Notes under the pieces: model-generated
What the model was told of the DNA's origin: nothing
Databases searched by the model: none
What the model saw: only the letters and a program-made list of their open reading frames with translations
NCBI GenBank assembly: GCA_964012435.1
Contig: CAXGSM010000003.1
Coordinates: forward strand, 12,703-76,702
Direction of reading: 5' to 3'
Origin: an uncultured bacterium
GTDB lineage: Bacteria > UBP7 > UBA6624
Length of the DNA: 64,000 bases
Translations under genes and position numbers: made by a program
In this document: positions 58,640-64,000 of the stretch, piece after piece
Position numbering within the stretch: the stretch's first letter is position 1
Layout of the letters: each line of letters starts with the position of its first letter

Positions 58640-59668
58640 ATGGAAAAAGAAACTTTAAAACGGTTTTTAGAGGCTGAAAAAAAAGAAACTGAAGCCTTAA
58701 GAAGAAAGCTCCAAAAGCTTCAAAGTCCTCCTGCCGATGAAGCTATATTTGTTTGGCCTGAAGTTATGAAGCAGATTATGACTGGCGGTGTAATCTTGTT
58801 AGTTTTATTGACCATTGTTTCTCTAGTTTTTGATGCTCCTTTGGAGGAGATAGCAGACAGAAGTCATACTCCAAATCCAGCTAAAGCGCCTTGGTATTTC
58901 GTTGGATTGCAAGAGCTTCTTGTTTATTTTGATCCTTGGCTTGCTGGTGTAGTCCTTCCTTCATTGATTGTTGTCGGTTTGATGTTGATACCTTTTCTCG
59001 ATGTTAATTTGAAAGGTATCGGAAGGTATGCCCCTAAAGAAAGACCTTTTGCTATAGGTGTTTTTAATTTCGGTATGTTTTTATGGTTTGCTTTGATTGT
59101 TTTTGGGCTTTATTACAGGGGTACAAATTGGGATATTTATAACCCTAGTGATTGTTGGAGGGGGGCAGAAGAGCCTTTCACTTCAAGAAAATGTCCTGAA
59201 TTGTCTGGCGACATGGAATTGATGAATAGTACAGATGGCTCCATATTGGTAAACAAAAGCGGCAATTCTTATCCAGATGGCGCTGTTTTTCACCTTGAAT
59301 CTATTAGTGAAAATGGCAAGTTTAGCAGTGTTGATTATCTATGGTCCAAAGGTGAATGGGTTCAAATGATTCCTGCAGAAAAAATTCCTCTTGCATGGAC
59401 CCCCTTTAAAGATGCAAATGGTAACACTTATCCTCCTGATCATATCTACCATATGGCTCTTGGTCTTTTGATATTAGGTGGTTTTTTTGGTTTTATCATA
59501 GCAACACCAGCATTGATTAATCCGATATTCTTCTATCGACTTGGTCTTTGGAGATATGCCACTACTATGTTTTTCACAGCATGTATTTTGGGTGTTCCTG
59601 CAAAGATGATTTGGCAATTGGTTTTTAAAATCAAATATATTCTTGTCACTCCTTGGTTGAACATATGA
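58640..59668 (+). CDS. Subunit-IV-like (C-terminal half of split cytochrome b) with about 170-aa non-heme C-terminal extension
   Basis: PNPAKAPWYFVGLQELLVYF resembles PetD PEWYFFP motif; no CxxCH in the extension. Confidence 0.7.
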   Translation: MEKETLKRFLEAEKKETEALRRKLQKLQSPPADEAIFVWPEVMKQIMTGGVILLVLLTIVSLVFDAPLEEIADRSHTPNPAKAPWYFVGLQELLVYFDPWLAGVVLPSLIVVGLMLIPFLDVNLKGIGRYAPKERPFAIGVFNFGMFLWFALIVFGLYYRGTNWDIYNPSDCWRGAEEPFTSRKCPELSGDMELMNSTDGSILVNKSGNSYPDGAVFHLESISENGKFSSVDYLWSKGEWVQMIPAEKIPLAWTPFKDANGNTYPPDHIYHMALGLLILGGFFGFIIATPALINPIFFYRLGLWRYATTMFFTACILGVPAKMIWQLVFKIKYILVTPWLNI

Positions 59669-60984
59669 AGAAACCCTGGCTCGATTGGGATCTGGACGAA
59701 AGGGTTGATTTCCTTTTCACAGCAACAAGTGTTTTTCTTTTCTTGCTGACCGGAGCGGTCCTTTTTAAAGAATTTACTCCTGAGTACAAAAAGTATCAAG
59801 ATCAGGCATATATGGAGTTAGCAGAACAAGCAGAAGAAGCTGGAGATTATGACCTTGCTGATTATTGGTTAAAAGGTGCTGAGAAAGGTATTCGCCAACA
59901 GTTTTTAGTCAACAATGAAGTTGAGAGGTGCATTACGTGCCATGTTGATGATGCTGGAATTGAAGCATGGCATTTGGAAAATGTAAATCCTAGATTCCCA
60001 ACATCTTTTTATGGCTGTACTGTTTGTCATGGCGGTGAAATGCTCTCACTAACTGAACATAAAGCCCATCATGGCTTAAAGGCTACTAGAAAAGAGATGG
60101 AAGTGAAGATATGGGATCCCAATGAAGACAACTCAAAGCCATTGATTGATTTCTGGACAAGGCTACAAGAGATAAGCCCTCCTATAGATAATCCGACAAT
60201 TCAAGCTCATCCAGATTATAGAGATGTCAACATTACAGGTGAGCAGCAACAATATGTAACTTCTTCTTTTTGCTTGACATGTCATTCTCCCGAATCTGCG
60301 CTTGTTGAGATTTTTGAAGATGAGTATCAAACTGCAGACTCTAAAGAATCGAATATCGATGTTTTAAGAGCATATATTAATAATCAAGACGCTCAAGGCT
60401 TGCTTGATTTCATATCTACTGGAAATGTTCCTCAGATTGACATGCAGGCAGCAGTTGCTGAAGTTGATCAAGAAGCAATTCGTTTGACATTGGTTGATTA
60501 TGAAAATAGAGGTTACATTGAGGATTGGGCTTCACTCCATGCTTACAGCGAAAGATCCTGGTGGCATATAAACAGATGGAGAGATTCAAAATTTAAAACT
60601 TTTGAAGTTGTCAAACAGCAGCAGGACTATATAGATGGTGATGAAGAGTATAAGGCAAATTGCAAGAGTTGTCATACTACCGGCTATAACAAAGCAACCA
60701 ATACTTTTGTCGAAGAAGGAGTTACTTGTGAGGCATGTCATGGTCCTGGACAGGTATTTAGTGCTCTAATGTCAATGGAGGTTGTTGATATTCCCGGTGG
60801 TCAACATAGCTTTCAGGGCTACGGTGCTGCTTTAGCTTCGATTAATGATGCTAGAAATAACATGTGTGCCACTTGTCATAGTCCTAATAGACATGAGCTT
60901 AGACCCAACGATGTGAACGGAGAGCCAAAAAGGTTACAAACTGGAAGATATGAAACTTTATCTGATCTGAAAGACAGCGAATAG
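59653..60984 (+). CDS. Hexaheme c-type cytochrome, membrane anchored
   Basis: Six CxxCH motifs: CITCH, CTVCH, CLTCH, CKSCH, CEACH, CATCH; N-terminal TM helix. Confidence 0.8.
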   Translation: MVEHMKKPWLDWDLDERVDFLFTATSVFLFLLTGAVLFKEFTPEYKKYQDQAYMELAEQAEEAGDYDLADYWLKGAEKGIRQQFLVNNEVERCITCHVDDAGIEAWHLENVNPRFPTSFYGCTVCHGGEMLSLTEHKAHHGLKATRKEMEVKIWDPNEDNSKPLIDFWTRLQEISPPIDNPTIQAHPDYRDVNITGEQQQYVTSSFCLTCHSPESALVEIFEDEYQTADSKESNIDVLRAYINNQDAQGLLDFISTGNVPQIDMQAAVAEVDQEAIRLTLVDYENRGYIEDWASLHAYSERSWWHINRWRDSKFKTFEVVKQQQDYIDGDEEYKANCKSCHTTGYNKATNTFVEEGVTCEACHGPGQVFSALMSMEVVDIPGGQHSFQGYGAALASINDARNNMCATCHSPNRHELRPNDVNGEPKRLQTGRYETLSDLKDSE

Positions 60985-61004
60985 TTAGACTTTTTACCAA
61001 AAAA

Positions 61005-61031
61005 TTACTTTATTTTTTTATCAGGTACAAT
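61005..61031 (+). promoter_or_regulatory. Putative sigma70-like promoter (ttactt -35, tacaat -10, 15-bp spacer) upstream of 61093 gene
   Basis: Read by eye; spacer shorter than optimal. Confidence 0.2.
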
Positions 61032-61092
61032 ATTGAGGAGCATTGTTAGTGCTCTAGCCCTTATAAATTAATATAGGAGGTTTTATTACCTT

Positions 61093-61971
61093 ATGGAAAA
61101 TATGATGGAAATGCCATGGGTTTATCTGATATTCGCTATGGTAGCGGGCATAATTTTGCGTATGGGCTGGGACTGGTTAGTTGACAGCAGTACGTTAATG
61201 CTTGCATGGGATGGTTTTAGAAAAGCAGTTAAAGACTGGAGGACTTTCATGTTGGGAGCAGGTGCTTGGTGGTTTACAGCAAGTGCAGCTTCAGGATTTG
61301 GAGGAGTTGGTGAGGATGCATGGACTCAGGCGATGCCTTGGGTTAGTGCTGCAGTGACTGCAGGTGCTTGGATACTATGTTTAACGGTTATGAAAGGTGT
61401 TTGGGCAGGAAAAGCTAACTTTAAAATGGTTGGCGACTGGTTAGCAAATCCAGTCAAGAGAGCTCCTGAGTTTCTCGCAACAGCTGCTGGAGCCGGAGCA
61501 ACTATATGGATTTGGGGAATGATCTTAAAGAACGTTCCTGTAAACATTACTGCTCCTACAATGATGAAAGGCGATATGTTTATGATGCCTAACGTTAAAG
61601 CTATGGTCTCTGGCGGTGCTGATGCATGGCTATGGGGTTCATTGTCTTTGATCTTGATCGGCCTTCCAGCTGCAATGATGGTAATTCATGCTGATGGAGA
61701 GGACGAAGGTTTTGTTAATTCGTTTACTACTGCATTAAAGAGATACCCGACTATTGCAAGTCAATGGAAAAAGAATCTTTCATGGACTCTAGGTGTTTCA
61801 CTTTTGGGTTGGGCCATGGCAGCGATTGCTGGTTTCTTTGGTGGAATCGGCGGTGGTGGAGTTATTAGCGATGTGATGATGTTCATCTGGTCTGTTATAA
61901 CTGTTGCTGCTTCTGTTGGTGTTGTTGCTTCACTTTACGGTTTGAAAGCTGCTCACAACAAGAAAAAATAG
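61093..61971 (+). CDS. Hypothetical Trp/Gly/Ala-rich polytopic membrane protein with strong AGGAGG RBS
   Basis: taggaggtt 8 bp upstream of ATG; about 7-8 hydrophobic helices; no motif recognised. Confidence 0.5.
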   Translation: MENMMEMPWVYLIFAMVAGIILRMGWDWLVDSSTLMLAWDGFRKAVKDWRTFMLGAGAWWFTASAASGFGGVGEDAWTQAMPWVSAAVTAGAWILCLTVMKGVWAGKANFKMVGDWLANPVKRAPEFLATAAGAGATIWIWGMILKNVPVNITAPTMMKGDMFMMPNVKAMVSGGADAWLWGSLSLILIGLPAAMMVIHADGEDEGFVNSFTTALKRYPTIASQWKKNLSWTLGVSLLGWAMAAIAGFFGGIGGGGVISDVMMFIWSVITVAASVGVVASLYGLKAAHNKKK

Positions 61972-62002
61972 TTTTTATTTTTAATTAGATTTGATATCTA
62001 AA

Positions 62003-62036
62003 GCCCCTCTTGGAAACAAGGGGGGCATTTTTTTTT
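62003..62036. terminator. Bidirectional rho-independent terminator between convergent genes
   Basis: Stem CCCCTCTTG / CAAGGGGGG with GAAA loop, followed by a T7-9 run; purQ stop lies in the T-run. Confidence 0.6.
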
Positions 62037-62700
62037 AGTTTTTGAGATTATTTATAAGGTTTTTAAAAACCTTAATTCCGTCTGAGCTTCCCAACAATGC
62101 ACTAGATGCTCTTTCTGGATGAGGCATCATTCCTAAAACATTGCCTTTTTTGTTCAATAAACCAGCTATTCTTTCAAGAGAACCATTCATATTTTCTTTA
62201 TATTTATAAATAATTTGTTTATTTGCTTTTATCTCTTGAAGAATCTTTTCATCACCATACCAATTCCCTTCCATGTGTGCAATAGGTATGTTTAATGACT
62301 CTCCATTTTTTGGCCCATTCCAAGGTCCATCAATGCATTCAACCTTAATTAACTCTGACCAATCACAGATAAAAGAGCTTTTTTCATTTGTCCTCATTGC
62401 GCCGGGCAAAAGGCCAGATTCAATTAATATTTGAAAACCATTACATATTCCTACGACTGTGCCGCCCTGGTCAGCATGTTCTTTTATTTCTTCCATTATG
62501 GGTGAGAATTTTGCAATAGCTCCACTTCTCAAGTAATCACCATAAGAAAAGCCACCAGGAAGAAAAACCAAATCGACATTTTTTAAATTTGTGTCTCCGT
62601 GCCATAACCATTGTGTTGAGAATCCAAGATCTGACATGAAGCGATATGCATCTCTGTCACAATTGCTTCCTGGAAAAACTACTACACCTACTTTCATCAA
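62035..62700 (-). CDS. purQ: Phosphoribosylformylglycinamidine synthase subunit PurQ (glutaminase)
   Basis: MKVGVVVFPGSNCDRD; catalytic GICNGFQ; MPHPER. Confidence 0.93.
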   Translation of the reverse strand: MMKVGVVVFPGSNCDRDAYRFMSDLGFSTQWLWHGDTNLKNVDLVFLPGGFSYGDYLRSGAIAKFSPIMEEIKEHADQGGTVVGICNGFQILIESGLLPGAMRTNEKSSFICDWSELIKVECIDGPWNGPKNGESLNIPIAHMEGNWYGDEKILQEIKANKQIIYKYKENMNGSLERIAGLLNKKGNVLGMMPHPERASSALLGSSDGIKVFKNLINNLKN

Positions 62701-62936
62701 TCTTCTTTAATAATACATTGATGCACAACAGGGTTAGACAAGACGTTTTTTGCGATTTTTTTAGCTTCTTTTAAAGCTTCTTTTTTATTCAAGTTGGGAA
62801 ATTCAACTTCAAACCATTTTCCTACTTTTAGATCGTCTATATCAGCCCCGCTTTTAATAAGTGCCCTTCTGATTGTTCTTGCTTCAGGGTCAAGTGTTCC
62901 TTTTCTAACTGTAACAACGATTTGAACTTTTGTCAC
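62697..62936 (-). CDS. purS: Phosphoribosylformylglycinamidine synthase subunit PurS
   Basis: 79 aa; VTVRKGTLDPEARTIRRAL; position between purC and purQ. Confidence 0.88.
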   Translation of the reverse strand: MTKVQIVVTVRKGTLDPEARTIRRALIKSGADIDDLKVGKWFEVEFPNLNKKEALKEAKKIAKNVLSNPVVHQCIIKED

Positions 62937-63637
62937 AGTTCTTCTTGAAGTCTCTTTAAAACTTCCCTGTAACCAACAAGAAGGTCTCCACTGTCTTCCC
63001 TAAAGAGATCCTTGTCATAACTGTCAAGTGTTTCGGGATCCCAAAGTCTCATTGTGTCTGGGCTGATTTCATCTGCGAGAATTATCTCACCATCTGAAGT
63101 TTTTCCAAACTCAAGCTTGTAATCAACAAGAATAAAACCAATCTTCAAGAAAAGCTCTTTCATTAGTTCATTGATTTTTAATGTTGTTTCTCTTACATGT
63201 TCCAATTGATCTTTATTGATAAGCTCAAGTGCGAGCGCTGAATCTTCAGTTATTTGAGGGTCATCTAATGCATCTTCTTTTAAGTAAAGCTCAAATAAGC
63301 AAGGTGTAAATGTTATGTTTTTTGGAGCCGCATACCTTCTGCAGAAGGATCCTGCGGATCTGTTTCTTACGACAACTTCAAGTTTTAATATTTCAACACT
63401 TCTTACCCTGTCTGATCTTTCATCTAGGTTTTCCACAAAATGTGTTTTTATGTCATGACCTTCAAGGTATCCGAACATCAATTCAGATATCTTTCTGTTA
63501 AGAACGCCTTTTCCATCAAACTCATCTTTCTTCTTTGCATTGAATGCTGTTGCGCTATCTTTGAATTTTTGAATTAAAGTGCCTTCAACACCATCATCAA
63601 AAAGTATTTTTGCTTTTCCTTCGTACATTTTTTTCAT
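62933..63637 (-). CDS. purC: Phosphoribosylaminoimidazole-succinocarboxamide synthase
   Basis: MYEGKAKILF N-terminus; ILADEISPDTMRLWD. Confidence 0.93.
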   Translation of the reverse strand: MKKMYEGKAKILFDDGVEGTLIQKFKDSATAFNAKKKDEFDGKGVLNRKISELMFGYLEGHDIKTHFVENLDERSDRVRSVEILKLEVVVRNRSAGSFCRRYAAPKNITFTPCLFELYLKEDALDDPQITEDSALALELINKDQLEHVRETTLKINELMKELFLKIGFILVDYKLEFGKTSDGEIILADEISPDTMRLWDPETLDSYDKDLFREDSGDLLVGYREVLKRLQEEL

Positions 63638-63641
63638 ATTT

Positions 63642-64000
63642 TTACCCCTTTACTCTTTTTAAAATTTCTGATGAATATTTTAGGTATTTATCAGTTGCGA
63701 ATATTTTATTAATATCTTCCTCATTTAGCAAGACATTTACACGATTATCTGCCTTTAATAATTCTTTGAAACTGCCACCTTCTTTTGCCTTGAAAGCCAA
63801 TTCTTGAATTATTGAATACGCTTCCTCTCTTGAAAGACCTTTTTCAACCATTTTTAACAATGCTGCTTGAGTGAAAAGTATACCTCCACCTTGATTCATG
63901 TTTCTTTCAATATTTTTCTCATAAACATTCAAGCCTTTGGCAACAATTGCAGCTCTTTCAAGCATGTATTGAAGTGTCGCTGTCGCTGTTGGCAATAAAA
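63642..64000 (-). CDS. purB: Adenylosuccinate lyase, C-terminal part (5' end lies beyond window)
   Basis: C-terminal PurB region; ORF open to the window edge; upstream of purC-purS-purQ. Confidence 0.8.
   Translation of the reverse strand, partial: LLPTATATLQYMLERAAIVAKGLNVYEKNIERNMNQGGGILFTQAALLKMVEKGLSREEAYSIIQELAFKAKEGGSFKELLKADNRVNVLLNEEDINKIFATDKYLKYSSEILKRVKG

Overview
This is a 64-kb, AT-rich (roughly 35-40% GC by eye), very gene-dense chromosomal segment from a compact-genome bacterium. Most genes are separated by 0-20 bp or overlap by ATGA/TAATG-style junctions. Highly expressed genes (groES, atpE, atpA) carry AGGAGG ribosome-binding sites. I see no rRNA, tRNA, CRISPR array, transposase, integrase or phage gene. 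Most of the window is core housekeeping. The segment opens with a TolB-like beta-propeller gene truncated at the 5' window edge, followed by groES-groEL with a terminator. A complete F1Fo ATP synthase operon follows (atpZ-like, atpI-like, atpB, E, F, H, A, G, D, C), whose a-subunit has His-rich termini and whose epsilon subunit has an internal duplication. Also present are eno, murA, a yvcK-gap-pgk-tpiA-SEDS operon, sugar-nucleotide genes, msrA, a PhnCE-like ABC pair, alr, nnr, mfd, mltG, yqeG, folD, ubiE/menG and purQ-purS-purC-purB. The parts that look accessory or unusual are these: (1) Downstream of groESL, a co-directional cluster encodes a polytopic membrane protein, a BON-domain lipoprotein with an acidic Pro/Gly-rich tail, and three tandem secreted HtrA/DegP-like paralogs; the two outer paralogs have lost the catalytic His and Ser, and a further lipoprotein follows. 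(2) A roughly 13-kb CoA-dependent aromatic/fatty-acid catabolic cluster carries three crotonases, 3-hydroxyacyl-CoA dehydrogenase, two aldehyde dehydrogenase paralogs, PaaA-PaaD-PaaB-PaaC-like epoxidase subunits in non-canonical order, a PaaY-like hexapeptide protein, an amidohydrolase-2, a pterin-carbinolamine dehydratase and a glyoxalase. No PaaE reductase, PaaK ligase or thiolase lies within it, but a small Cys4 zinc-ribbon/rubredoxin-like ORF does. (3) A Rieske / split cytochrome b6-like / extended subunit-IV / hexaheme cytochrome c gene set sits next to menaquinone methyltransferase. (4) A monocistronic, strongly ribosome-binding-site-driven, Trp/Gly/Ala-rich membrane protein of unknown function is flanked by a hairpin and a bidirectional terminator. 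All functional calls rest on motif-level recognition by eye; no database search was possible.
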